Shown here in pieces: positions 49,963 through 59,291 of a stretch of 64,000 bases of DNA. The stretch lies in NCBI GenBank assembly GCA_964514925.1, contig CAZETX010000006.1, forward strand, positions 10,922 through 74,921, given 5' to 3'. Made by a program: the position numbers and the translations under genes. Within the stretch, counting starts at the first letter, position 1, and each line of letters opens with the position of its first letter. The notes under the pieces are model-generated. The model worked only from the letters and a program-made list of their open reading frames with translations, was not told the origin of the DNA and did not search any database. Source of the DNA: an uncultured Marinosulfonomonas sp. GTDB taxonomy: Bacteria > Pseudomonadota > Alphaproteobacteria > Rhodobacterales > Rhodobacteraceae.

Positions 49963-51522
49963 TTAGCTTTTATTTGTCAGGTGATCACCGATAGCTATCA
50001 CCTGGTCCACAAGGAATTGCATATCAGCATCTTCAGTGCGGTGGTTGGTAATATTAACCCGAATTGCAACTTGGCCGTTTATTCGCGTTGTTGATGGCGC
50101 GGCCAGACCTTTTTCCTGCAATTGAAGGACAATTTCTTCGTTATCTATGTCGGCCCCCTCGTAACAAAAACAAACTATATTCAAATTTACCGGAGCAAGT
50201 AGTTTAAGCGGATGTTGATCCACAAGCCGTGCCAATAGTTGCGCTTGGTCACAGTTCTTGGTGATTGAGTTACCAAGTTTTTCACTACCATGCTCTAAGA
50301 AATGTGACCATATTTTTAGCGCGGCAAAGCCACGAGATAACTCTGGGCCGTAGTCTACGGGCCATGGGGCACCGGCCGCCAGACCACGCGAGTATCCGGT
50401 CAAATATTCTGGTCTATCAGTAAATGCGCCCAGGTGGGCCTTGGCATCCCGTATTAGAACACAACCCGCAGCGTAATTTACATGCAGCCATTTGTGGAAA
50501 TCAAAGGCAAGCGAGTCTGCTCGCTCCATCCCTGCTAGCATTGGCCGGACATATTCAGACAGAATGCCAGTGGCACCAAATGCACCATCAACATGAAACC
50601 ACAAGCCTTCAGCCGCTGCTATTTCGGCGATTGCTGTTAAGTCATCAATCGCACCAACATTTACCGAGCCGGCAGTGCCGATCACCGCAAATGGTGTCAG
50701 GCCCGCGCTGCGGTCAGTTTCGATCTGGCTGGCCAAAGCGTCCAAATCCATACGAAAATTTTCATCTATGGGAATTTTTCGCAACGCTGCCGAACCTATT
50801 CCCAATATGTCGAAAGCCTGTGCCAAACAGGTATGGGCCTGTTCTGATGTATATCCAACCAGCCGGGACACCCCTGCCCCTGCGCTACGATTTGCAAAAC
50901 TTAAAGCCCGGTCCCGCGCGACCTTTAGCGCTACAATTGTACCCATAGAGGTACCAGAGGTAATCAACCCACTGGTGGCAAGCGGAAAGCCCATCATTTG
51001 CCGACACCAATCCAGCACCTGACGCTCAACATAGATTGCGCCATGGTCACGGCCGCCTAAGTTCGCGTTCATTGCAACTGCCGCTATTTCTGCCAAAATG
51101 CCGCCAGGATTTCCAGCGCCATGCACCCAGCCAAAAAAGCGGGGATGGGTGTTTCCCACGCCGTATGGAAGTAACGCAGTTAACTGATCAACGATATCAG
51201 CATGGCTTTGTGGTCTTTTTGGTAAAAGCGTTTTCAGGTCAGATTTCATGCCAGCTGGCAAAGGTGTCCAGACAGGGCCTTCGCGCACCGATTGCATCTT
51301 ATCCAACGCGGCATCAAGCATTTCATGGGCTTGTTTGCGAAAAGCGATCCAATCCTCTGGGTCAAGTGTCGTCTCTGGCAAAACCAATCTTTCGTTCAAC
51401 TTTGATGCGTGAAAAGAGGTTGTTAGCAACCAGCGCTTCAAGCCAAGGTGTGTTGTAAAACAATTCCGGCCTATCCGGCCTTCAAAGACACTAAACGATT
51501 TGGCCACCGGATCAATTGGCAA
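49963..51522 (-). CDS. Group II PLP-dependent decarboxylase (aromatic-amino-acid/glutamate decarboxylase family)
   Basis: Motifs include HPRFFGW, TSGTSMGT, the PLP-lysine segment FDFHKWL and DGAFG. The true start is probably downstream of the TTG at 51522; the first ~45 aa look non-protein-like. Confidence 0.8.
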   Translation of the reverse strand: MPIDPVAKSFSVFEGRIGRNCFTTHLGLKRWLLTTSFHASKLNERLVLPETTLDPEDWIAFRKQAHEMLDAALDKMQSVREGPVWTPLPAGMKSDLKTLLPKRPQSHADIVDQLTALLPYGVGNTHPRFFGWVHGAGNPGGILAEIAAVAMNANLGGRDHGAIYVERQVLDWCRQMMGFPLATSGLITSGTSMGTIVALKVARDRALSFANRSAGAGVSRLVGYTSEQAHTCLAQAFDILGIGSAALRKIPIDENFRMDLDALASQIETDRSAGLTPFAVIGTAGSVNVGAIDDLTAIAEIAAAEGLWFHVDGAFGATGILSEYVRPMLAGMERADSLAFDFHKWLHVNYAAGCVLIRDAKAHLGAFTDRPEYLTGYSRGLAAGAPWPVDYGPELSRGFAALKIWSHFLEHGSEKLGNSITKNCDQAQLLARLVDQHPLKLLAPVNLNIVCFCYEGADIDNEEIVLQLQEKGLAAPSTTRINGQVAIRVNITNHRTEDADMQFLVDQVIAIGDHLTNKS

Positions 51523-51598
51523 ACTTAACGTGCATTCTCTTAGCGCTGTGGTTAGTCAGGCGTTGGGAAATAAAGATTGAGAATTAGGGGCTGACAAT

Positions 51599-53338
51599 TT
51601 GTTCAAGTATGTATCTGGTATTTTATTATGGTTTGTAGCTTCCTATTCCAGTGTGGCAATCGCACAGCAATCTGTTTGGGTGCAAATAGAAGCACAGCGA
51701 TCACTGGGCCAAGCGCAGGAAGTTGCGCGAAGCTATTCATCTGACTTACGAAATGTATCCGGGTACGCGTTGCAATCGGGTTGGTATGCAATCACAATCG
51801 GCCCTTTCGCCCTGGTGGAAGCCGAGAGTTTCTTACAGGAATTGCGTGCAACACGCCAAATACCAACCGACAGTTACATTGTAAACGGATCTAGTTTTCG
51901 CCGCCAATTCTGGCCGCTCGGATCCGATCTAGGAACAACAGAAACGGCATCCCAATCAGATGCGCCTACGCCATCCGCCAATGCAATCCCACCAATGAAT
52001 GAAACCAGTGAAACTGTAGCCCAAGCCCGCCGGTCAGAAAAACAACTTAGCCGAAGCGAAAGAATGTTGTTGCAAACCGCTTTGCAATTTGAAGGTCATT
52101 ATACTGCTGCAATTGACGGCGCCTTCGGACCCGGAACACGAAAATCAATGGCTGCTTGGCAGGGCGAGAAAGGTTTTGAAAGTTCCGGAGTACTAACCAC
52201 GCAACAGCGGCTTCAACTGACAAATCGTTATCAGGAGATTGTGGGTAGCCTTGGCTTTTCGACGGTTACGGAACAAGTTGCCGGTATCCAAATAGACCTG
52301 CCAATGGCTTTGGTTGAATTTGACCGCTACGATCCGCCATTCGCCTTTTTCAAATCCAGATCAAATGAGAACGCGGAGGTTTTACTTATCAGCCAGCGCG
52401 GCGATCAGGATACGCTGCGCGGCCTTTTTGATATTATGCAAACATTGGATATGGTCCCTTTAGATGGGCCGAGGGAGTTTAGGGGAGATAGTTTCACCCT
52501 AACTGGAAATAACACTGAACTATCATCCTACACCTTTGCCACATTGGTAAACGGTAACATTAAGGGCTTTACCCTGATCTGGTTCAGACAATCTGAAAAA
52601 CGCAAAGAATTAGTAATAAAAACAATGCTAAGCAGCTTTATAGCCTTAGAACCGGCCGTGCTGCCAGACGACTATGGAAACCAAAACGCAGTGCAATCGC
52701 TTGATCTACTAGCTGGCCTGGATATCCGGCGCCCGCTATTTTCCCGTTCCGGGTTTTATGTTGATCCAGCAGGATCGCTACTGACCAGTGCGCAGGGTAT
52801 TTCTGCCTGCAACAGATTGACCGTCGACGGGGACTATTTGGTTGAAATTGAAGCAACTGATCAAGAATTGGGCGTGGCGCTTTTGCGTCCTTTGGAAGCC
52901 AATTCACCAATTTCCATAGCCCAGATTGCGACCAGTTCACCTAAGTTGAATTCAGAAATAGCGCTTGCCGGGTATTCCTTTGGTGGGATATTGGGGGCAC
53001 CGACACTTACTTTTGGCATGCTGGCAGATTTGAGCGGACTGAATGGCGAAAGCGAATTGAGCAGACTTGAGATCGCGGCTTCCCCCGGCGATGTTGGCGG
53101 ACCGGTGTTTTCAAAAATGGGTTCAGTGATTGGAATGCTTTTACCACGCAATGAAACAAGTGGTCGGAAACTTCCCGACAATGTTCGATTTGCATCCGGG
53201 TCAAATGCCCTTTCTGAGTTCCTGATCAACAACAATGTTGAACTTGAGATGTCTCAAGCCAGCACGCAACTGGCCCCGGAAGATCTTACTGAAATTGCTG
53301 CTGAAATGACGGTTTTGATTAGCTGTTGGGACAGCTAA
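51599..53338 (+). CDS. Secreted SPOR-like / peptidoglycan-binding protein with degenerate trypsin-like (S1C) C-terminal domain
   Basis: 579-aa ORF with a TTG start after AGGGG. It has a signal peptide, a SPOR-like segment (VWVQIEAQRSLGQAQE...GWYAITIGPF), PG_binding_1-like LQTALQFEGHYTAAIDGAFGPGTRKSMAAWQ, and a C-terminal protease-like domain carrying Q and V where the catalytic His and Ser are expected. Confidence 0.6.
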   Translation: MFKYVSGILLWFVASYSSVAIAQQSVWVQIEAQRSLGQAQEVARSYSSDLRNVSGYALQSGWYAITIGPFALVEAESFLQELRATRQIPTDSYIVNGSSFRRQFWPLGSDLGTTETASQSDAPTPSANAIPPMNETSETVAQARRSEKQLSRSERMLLQTALQFEGHYTAAIDGAFGPGTRKSMAAWQGEKGFESSGVLTTQQRLQLTNRYQEIVGSLGFSTVTEQVAGIQIDLPMALVEFDRYDPPFAFFKSRSNENAEVLLISQRGDQDTLRGLFDIMQTLDMVPLDGPREFRGDSFTLTGNNTELSSYTFATLVNGNIKGFTLIWFRQSEKRKELVIKTMLSSFIALEPAVLPDDYGNQNAVQSLDLLAGLDIRRPLFSRSGFYVDPAGSLLTSAQGISACNRLTVDGDYLVEIEATDQELGVALLRPLEANSPISIAQIATSSPKLNSEIALAGYSFGGILGAPTLTFGMLADLSGLNGESELSRLEIAASPGDVGGPVFSKMGSVIGMLLPRNETSGRKLPDNVRFASGSNALSEFLINNNVELEMSQASTQLAPEDLTEIAAEMTVLISCWDS

Positions 53339-53409
53339 TTATTTTTGGGTTAAACCCTAATCAGAACCCAGTTTCCCGAAGGGTTACCAACAATGCGGAT
53401 TAGCGTTCA

Positions 53410-54981
53410 CTATGGTGAGATGTGGATGAGTACCGGGCCAGAAGTTGTCAGAGCCTCCTGCAAAGCCAAAGCAAATGAAGCCGGGTTTTCTGGCGCTAAA
53501 TAGCCAATACCATAGGCTCGTGCCAACAATCCGAAATCCGGGTTCTTTGCCACAACAGCATTGGGAGCAATTTGCGATTTGACCATGGCATCTTCGATTT
53601 CTTTTAGCTTGCCATTATCCCATAAAATTATTGGCAGCGACAATTCAAGTTCTGCAGCGACCCCAAGTTCTTGCATTGTATATTGAAATCCATAATCTCC
53701 GGCGATTGCCAAAACGCACCTATCCGGACAGGCAATCTTTCCCCCAATTGCCGCAGGCAGAGCGTATCCCAATGTGCCGAACCCATAGGGATGGTGCCAT
53801 AGTCCCGGTTCTTGCAAAGGATAAATTTCTTTCGCGACATAGGCGAATTGAGTCATGTCAGAATAGATCAGTGCATCTTTTGGCAACGCCTCAGACATCG
53901 CGTTTACAAAGGGTACGATACCAGGACGCTCACCGTCTGTTTCTGCGTGAAATGCCGCTGTTGCCTTAGAAACATCCGTTACCTGCCAATCAGATTTAGA
54001 GGGCTTTAGCGCCCCGGCAAGCGCCTTAAGTGTCGCGCTGGCATCGGCTTTTATTGTAACGTTGGCTGCATGCGGATCATGCAATACCAAATCATCAATA
54101 TCGACGCGTACCATTTGGCAAGAATGGCCCAGATTGTCACGCCAAAGGTCAACCTCTGCCAGCTCTGTTCCAATTGCCACAACCAAATCTGCCATCGCGA
54201 ATATTTTCGCGCTGTCGGGCCGCAACAATGAGGCACCGAAGTTTATTGGATATTCTGCTTGGACAATGCCGCGTCCGGCATAGGTCATAAAAACCGCTGC
54301 GCCGGTATTTTTGACAACTTCGCGCGCATAGGTTTTCGCCCCAATCGCGCCCCCTCCGAAAACGAATACTGGATAATTCGCCCGTTCCAAAAGCTGCGCA
54401 AGATCGATAATTTGTTGGGGGTCCGGTTCGTGGGAAATTGGATTTATTGCAATTGGCGGCACGGATTTGCCCAGTTCATCCAATACGTCCAGGGGTATTG
54501 TTATGTGCTTGGGACGGGGGCGAAGATTTTGGAATTCTTCAAAGGCCCGGTCCAATAAATCAAAGGCCATCTGAGCATCACTTGCACATAAAGACCAGTC
54601 GCAAACCGTCGCCGCGGCACCTGCCTGATCACGCATCTGATGTAGTCGCCCTGGCATTGCCGGGCCTTCTGGCAGACATGAGGAAATAACCAACAATGGC
54701 ACGGAATCTGAATAGGCCTGACCCATGGGAGTCATGATGTTGGTCAGGCCGGGGCCGGAGATTGTAAACGCTATACCGGGTTGGCCGGAGGCGCGGGCAT
54801 AGCCGTCGGCCATGAACCCGGCACCCTGTTCATGACGTGCTAAAATATGGGTGATCCCGGCTTCTTCGATGCCGCGATAAAGCTCTACATTGTGAACGCC
54901 GGGAATACCAAAAATTGTATCAACTCCGCGCGCTTTCAGGTTGTGCGCCAGTCGCGCACCAAGGGATTGAACGGGCATCAA
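53410..54981 (-). CDS. Thiamine-diphosphate-dependent enzyme (acetolactate synthase/2-oxoacid decarboxylase superfamily)
   Basis: 523-aa ORF with an N-terminal Pyr domain (IFGIPGVHNVELY...HEQGAGFMADGYAR) and C-terminal TPP-binding GDYGFQYTMQEL...WDNG. Confidence 0.85.
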   Translation of the reverse strand: MMPVQSLGARLAHNLKARGVDTIFGIPGVHNVELYRGIEEAGITHILARHEQGAGFMADGYARASGQPGIAFTISGPGLTNIMTPMGQAYSDSVPLLVISSCLPEGPAMPGRLHQMRDQAGAAATVCDWSLCASDAQMAFDLLDRAFEEFQNLRPRPKHITIPLDVLDELGKSVPPIAINPISHEPDPQQIIDLAQLLERANYPVFVFGGGAIGAKTYAREVVKNTGAAVFMTYAGRGIVQAEYPINFGASLLRPDSAKIFAMADLVVAIGTELAEVDLWRDNLGHSCQMVRVDIDDLVLHDPHAANVTIKADASATLKALAGALKPSKSDWQVTDVSKATAAFHAETDGERPGIVPFVNAMSEALPKDALIYSDMTQFAYVAKEIYPLQEPGLWHHPYGFGTLGYALPAAIGGKIACPDRCVLAIAGDYGFQYTMQELGVAAELELSLPIILWDNGKLKEIEDAMVKSQIAPNAVVAKNPDFGLLARAYGIGYLAPENPASFALALQEALTTSGPVLIHISP

Positions 54982-56426
54982 CCTCTCCAGAATTTAAGGG
55001 TGAACAAAACATACACTGCCATCAGCTCAAGACGCCCGATGAGCATTGCCGCGATAAGGATCCATTTGGCAGACTCTCCCAAAGTGCTGAAGTTTCCGGC
55101 CGGACCAATAATGGGACCCAGTCCCGGGCCAATATTGGCCAGGGCGGTCGAAGCCCCTGAAATGGATGTAACGAAGTCAAGACCGGTTAAAGCCAGAAGA
55201 ATGGCAATGATACCAAGGGACACAACGAACAAAACAAAAAATGCCATCACCGAGGACAACACATCTTCCCCCACGGGTCGGCCACCGTAGCGTGGTGCGA
55301 ACAAACCGTGGGGTGAATGGATACGCCCAACCTGCGCTTTGATCGAAGAGAACAAAAGTTGGTATCGGAAAATCTTTATAGAACAAGAGGTTGAGCCAGC
55401 ACAGCCGCCAATAAGACCAATGAAGAAAAACACCGCAACCGCGAAAGGGCCCCATAGCGTATAGTCAACACTGGCGTATCCTGTACCGGTCATAATCGAG
55501 GCAACGTTGAACAGAATTTCACGGAAACTGGCGTCTTTATTTGCCCCACCCAGCCCCCAATGCCAAAAGGCCAACATCCCGACGATAATTGCCAGCGTCA
55601 TCAAAAAACCCCGTATTTGTGGATCTTTCAACAGTGGTTGCGCCGTACCGTTCAACAATTGTACGTAGCGCACAAAAGGCAAAGCCGCGAGGATCATGAA
55701 GACTGTGGCAATATATTCTTCACCGGTGGTGAAGGTTCGAAACGACGCGTCATAGTTGGAAAACCCACCTGTTGACATGGTAGTCATGGCGTGGGTTGTG
55801 GCATCAAAAGGCGTCATTCCCATTGCCAGATAAGCGAAGGCACAGGCAATGGTCAGGGTGAAATAGATCACGGATATCCGAGACGCAATTTCGGTGGCGC
55901 GGGGTAGAATTTTTCCAAGGGTATCAAAGGCTTCTGAGCGAAATATCTGCATGCCTCCGACCCGTAATTCAGGCAGGAAAACCATCGCCACAACAATGAT
56001 CCCGACGCCACCAATCCATTGCAACAGAGCCCGCCAGAACAATAACCCTTTGGGTAGATCATCAAGGCCGGTTAACACAGTGGATCCGGTCGTTGTCAGG
56101 CCTGACATTGCCTCAAACATTGCATTTGTAAAGCTGGCTTGCGTTGCGCCGGTCATAAACGGGATCGCACCAAACAACGGTAATGCCACCCAAACGCCGG
56201 TGGTCAAAAGAAACGTTTGTTGAATGGTAAGGCTGCGTTTGACGCCGTTTGCACAGGCCAGCGCCACCAATCCCCCGACCACAATAGAAATTACTGATGC
56301 TTCAAAAAAGGCCGTCCAGTGACCGGCACCTTCGGCGATATCGATCAGCATCGGAAACAACATTGTCGCGCCAAGGGCGGCAATGAGCAGACCGATTACA
56401 TATCCAACTGGGCGTAAATCCAACAT
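54978..56426 (-). CDS. trkH: TrkH-family potassium uptake protein
   Basis: 482-aa polytopic ORF with repeated M1-P-M2 selectivity-filter-like segments (TTTGST, MSTGGFS, MTGTGYA). Confidence 0.9.
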   Translation of the reverse strand: MLDLRPVGYVIGLLIAALGATMLFPMLIDIAEGAGHWTAFFEASVISIVVGGLVALACANGVKRSLTIQQTFLLTTGVWVALPLFGAIPFMTGATQASFTNAMFEAMSGLTTTGSTVLTGLDDLPKGLLFWRALLQWIGGVGIIVVAMVFLPELRVGGMQIFRSEAFDTLGKILPRATEIASRISVIYFTLTIACAFAYLAMGMTPFDATTHAMTTMSTGGFSNYDASFRTFTTGEEYIATVFMILAALPFVRYVQLLNGTAQPLLKDPQIRGFLMTLAIIVGMLAFWHWGLGGANKDASFREILFNVASIMTGTGYASVDYTLWGPFAVAVFFFIGLIGGCAGSTSCSIKIFRYQLLFSSIKAQVGRIHSPHGLFAPRYGGRPVGEDVLSSVMAFFVLFVVSLGIIAILLALTGLDFVTSISGASTALANIGPGLGPIIGPAGNFSTLGESAKWILIAAMLIGRLELMAVYVLFTLKFWRG

Positions 56427-56472
56427 GGGATGAAGGCTTGGCGAGGAGCATCGCCAGTGTCAAGCAATCAAC

Positions 56473-56536
56473 GAATATCGGGGCGTTCTTTAAGCTTTGT
56501 AACAAGATTTTGGGGGGGTGTTTAAGCTTTGTAACA
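56473..56536 (-). repeat. 2 x 32-bp tandem repeat element, copy 2 (core TGTTACAAAGCTTAAA)
   Basis: The minus strand reads TGTTACAAAGCTTAAACACC-N12-TGTTACAAAGCTTAAAGA. This matches the element at 28282..28345 in architecture and in 15 of the 16 core positions. Confidence 0.85.
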
Positions 56537-56602
56537 CGGTTTTTGCCCCCAAATCCGGCCGATTTTCAGGAAACCGGCCGAAAACGGTGATGTAACGGAA
56601 AA

Positions 56603-57535
56603 TTAAGGATTTTTCCGAATGGCCGCTATCTGGAACAATACCACCCCGGCAGCGATCAGCACCATCGCCATTGTAAAATTTTGCGGCAATGGTTCGTTGA
56701 ATACAATTACAGCGATGGCCACCCCAAGTGCTGCCCCGACCGCACCGATCTGGCTAAGGTAGGTCGGGCCCGCCAGACGCTGCAACAGAAAATAGAAAAC
56801 AAACTGAACGGCAAATACCGACATGTTCAGGAGCAGCAGGATCAACGGCGCCGGTTGTTGCCAAAGCTGCTGGATTTCAGTGCCCTCAATCACGCTTGCC
56901 GGAATACCGAGCAATAATCCCGACATGAGCAGTGTCACACCTGACAGCAAAACAGCACTGGCAGAATGTGGCCAAAACCGGGTTCGGTAAATATTGCCCA
57001 GGGCAACGATAACCGGGATGGATGCCGCAATTGCCAGCCAGCCGGTTGCCTGAAGTGTTTCAATTTTTGCCAGTGCCAAAATCAGCCCCCCGGCCAGACC
57101 GCAAAACACGCCAGTTACCTTGCCCCCCTTCAGGCGATCCATGCCTAAGGCAACCGCCAATGCGTAGGTGAACAGCACCGGGAAGGCGTAGACCAGTGAC
57201 AGAAAGCTGGCCCCGACATGGGCGACCGCCAGAAAGCTTAGCACAGTGGGCACGGCCAGAAATATCGCCGCGCCGATGCTATAGGGCAGCACACGCCAAA
57301 TATTGCCCTGCAGCTGTCCGAGAAACGCCGCCAGAAGCAGAATCAGCACCCCTGCCCCTGCCAGCGCAAAGGACAAAAGCCAGAACACCGGGGCCCCGAT
57401 ATCCGCCACCAGTTTGGACAGGTTAACGGATATCGCTATCATCGCGCCGACGAGGAAAAGCAACAGGATCGGGATCAGCCCGGCACCAGCTGTTGGCGCC
57501 GTGCCAAGAGCCGTTGGAACAGGTGAATTTTTCAT
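56603..57535 (-). CDS. DMT-superfamily (EamA-like) transporter
   Basis: 310-aa ORF with 10 predicted TM helices. It is divergent from a MarR gene. Confidence 0.8.
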   Translation of the reverse strand: MKNSPVPTALGTAPTAGAGLIPILLLFLVGAMIAISVNLSKLVADIGAPVFWLLSFALAGAGVLILLLAAFLGQLQGNIWRVLPYSIGAAIFLAVPTVLSFLAVAHVGASFLSLVYAFPVLFTYALAVALGMDRLKGGKVTGVFCGLAGGLILALAKIETLQATGWLAIAASIPVIVALGNIYRTRFWPHSASAVLLSGVTLLMSGLLLGIPASVIEGTEIQQLWQQPAPLILLLLNMSVFAVQFVFYFLLQRLAGPTYLSQIGAVGAALGVAIAVIVFNEPLPQNFTMAMVLIAAGVVLFQIAAIRKNP

Positions 57536-57568
57536 TGTGTTGCCTTTGATCAGTCGTTATTATCTTTT

Positions 57569-57585
57569 CATAAAGTATCTTTATG
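57569..57585. promoter_or_regulatory. Candidate MarR operator (7-3-7 perfect inverted repeat)
   Basis: CATAAAG-TAT-CTTTATG lies in the 67-bp divergent intergenic region between the DMT transporter gene and the MarR gene. Confidence 0.35.
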
Positions 57586-57602
57586 TCAAGGTAAATTTAC
57601 AA

Positions 57603-58091
57603 ATGGACCGAGCTGAAACCGCTGTAACCCAATGGCAAACCGAACTGCCGGGGCCGGATTATCGCCCCATGGCGGTTGTCGGGCGTCTGTTGGAAACCGC
57701 GCAAATCATTGAACGCGGCTATCTGACACCGCTGTTTGCCGAGTTTGATCTGCAACCAGGGGAATTTGACGTGCTTGCCACCATTCGCCGGTCCGGGGAA
57801 CCTTACCGACTGTCGCCGACCCAGCTGTTTGATGCCACCATGATGTCATCCGGCGGGATGACGGCGCGGCTGGATCGGTTGCAAAAGGCCAAGCTGATTG
57901 AACGCTTTGCGAACCCGGATGACCGGCGTGGTACGTTGGTGGGTCTGACCAAAAAAGGCCGCTATCTGGTGGAGGATGCATTGGTGGCGCATCTGGATAA
58001 CGAAACCTGTTTCATGTCGGCGCTGACAGTTAATGAACAGGAAACGCTGGGGCGATTGATGGGTAAGTTATTGAAAGGGTTGCATTCCTAG
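57603..58091 (+). CDS. MarR-family transcriptional regulator
   Basis: 162-aa product from the ATG at 57603 (MDRAETAVTQW...) with a winged HTH (FDVLATIRRSGEPYRLSPTQL...TARLDRLQKAKLIER...DRRGTLVGLTKKG). The track ORF start at 57303 runs antisense through the DMT gene. Confidence 0.9.
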   Translation: MDRAETAVTQWQTELPGPDYRPMAVVGRLLETAQIIERGYLTPLFAEFDLQPGEFDVLATIRRSGEPYRLSPTQLFDATMMSSGGMTARLDRLQKAKLIERFANPDDRRGTLVGLTKKGRYLVEDALVAHLDNETCFMSALTVNEQETLGRLMGKLLKGLHS

Positions 58092-58103
58092 AGCGAATTC
58101 AGC

Positions 58104-59207
58104 TTAACCTACATGGAACAATGTGTTGAACAGTTTAGGGTCCAGGCTTTCATTGGCAAAGGTATCACCCTCGGACAGGATCGACACGGCGTCATGGCTG
58201 TGCAGGCTTTCCTGATGGCTGGTGATGATGCGGAAATCACCGATCCGGGGTTCGTTTTGCAACTGTTCGGAGAACAGGCGCGCGGCGTCTTCGACGAATA
58301 TCGGATTGGCAGCGTTCAGTTCTGCAAAGGCCTGTTCGTCTTCGCGTTTGACCATCACCTGGGTTTCGGTTGGCACTGCTTCGCGGCAATAATCGATCAG
58401 GTCTTCAAACCAAAGGCAGGGGCCTTCGCAATCCATCACCGCCGAAATCCGCGCCACAGAGCGCTGTGAATGGGGGGTTGCCAGTTGCCCGCGCTGTTGG
58501 CGGGCGTGTTCAGACAGTTCCAGCGAGCAGGGGCAGGTGGAGGAATAGACATAATCCAGATGGATGATTTTCTTACGCACGCCACCGGTTTCCACCAGTT
58601 CCAGCGCGATATCGTAATACTGAAAGCCGCTTAGGCCCGAGCGCAGGCTTTTGACCTTCATCGGGAAGGAAAACCGCATCTGGATGCGGGCGTCAAAGCT
58701 GTCCAGATCGGTTTTATAGGCGTCAAGCGTGGTTTCGATGACGTCAAAGCTAAAGGTTTCTTCGGCGTGGCGATAAAATGAGCGCATGATCCGGGACATG
58801 TTGATGCCCTTTTTGCCGGCATCAAGGGACACCGTGCCGGTGACCGAGGTTTCCAGCGTGATGTCACCGCCATCACGGGTGTGAAAGCGGATCGGCAGGC
58901 GGAAATTGGAGATGCCGACATGTTCAATGTGGCGGCGCGCGCCCTTGATCAGGCTTTCGGGGCCGTTTTGCAGATCGGGCAGGCTGGCGCGGTAGGCTTC
59001 ATCAACCTCAAATTCTTCCGGATAGGCGCGGATCAGCGCCGGGTAGTTGCCGATATCCTGATCCGGCAACAGCCGCGAGATAAGCGGATGCAGTTCGGCA
59101 ATTTCGGTTGGGGTGGCGGTGCGGGCCCAGTTCTGCAGGGTCGCAAGCGCGTTTTGCGCGGCGGTACGGTCGCTGTGCTTTTCAGACTTATCGGTTCGCA
59201 TATCCAT
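58104..59207 (-). CDS. folE2: GTP cyclohydrolase FolE2 (type IB)
   Basis: 367-aa ORF with FolE2/MptA-type motifs (GINMSRIMRSF, YVYSSTCPCSLELSEH, ESLHSHDA). Confidence 0.85.
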   Translation of the reverse strand: MDMRTDKSEKHSDRTAAQNALATLQNWARTATPTEIAELHPLISRLLPDQDIGNYPALIRAYPEEFEVDEAYRASLPDLQNGPESLIKGARRHIEHVGISNFRLPIRFHTRDGGDITLETSVTGTVSLDAGKKGINMSRIMRSFYRHAEETFSFDVIETTLDAYKTDLDSFDARIQMRFSFPMKVKSLRSGLSGFQYYDIALELVETGGVRKKIIHLDYVYSSTCPCSLELSEHARQQRGQLATPHSQRSVARISAVMDCEGPCLWFEDLIDYCREAVPTETQVMVKREDEQAFAELNAANPIFVEDAARLFSEQLQNEPRIGDFRIITSHQESLHSHDAVSILSEGDTFANESLDPKLFNTLFHVG

Positions 59208-59291
59208 CGGGTCGTCCCCAGATTACCTGTTCACGGGGTTATCTAGGCGATCTGGCGCCAAACCCCAAACTTAAAACGAAAATTCTGACCA

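Noticed and set aside
54978-54981. 4-nt overlap between the TPP-dependent enzyme gene and trkH as evidence of a functional system
   Set aside because: Short overlaps are common in this compact genome (many ATGA junctions in the window). The two functions have no known link. I treat this as operon packing only.
57303-57602. 100-aa N-terminal extension of the MarR ORF
   Set aside because: The extension runs antisense through the DMT transporter gene and is Pro/Ala/Arg-rich. The ATG at 57603 gives a normal-length MarR protein and leaves a divergent promoter region that contains a palindrome.
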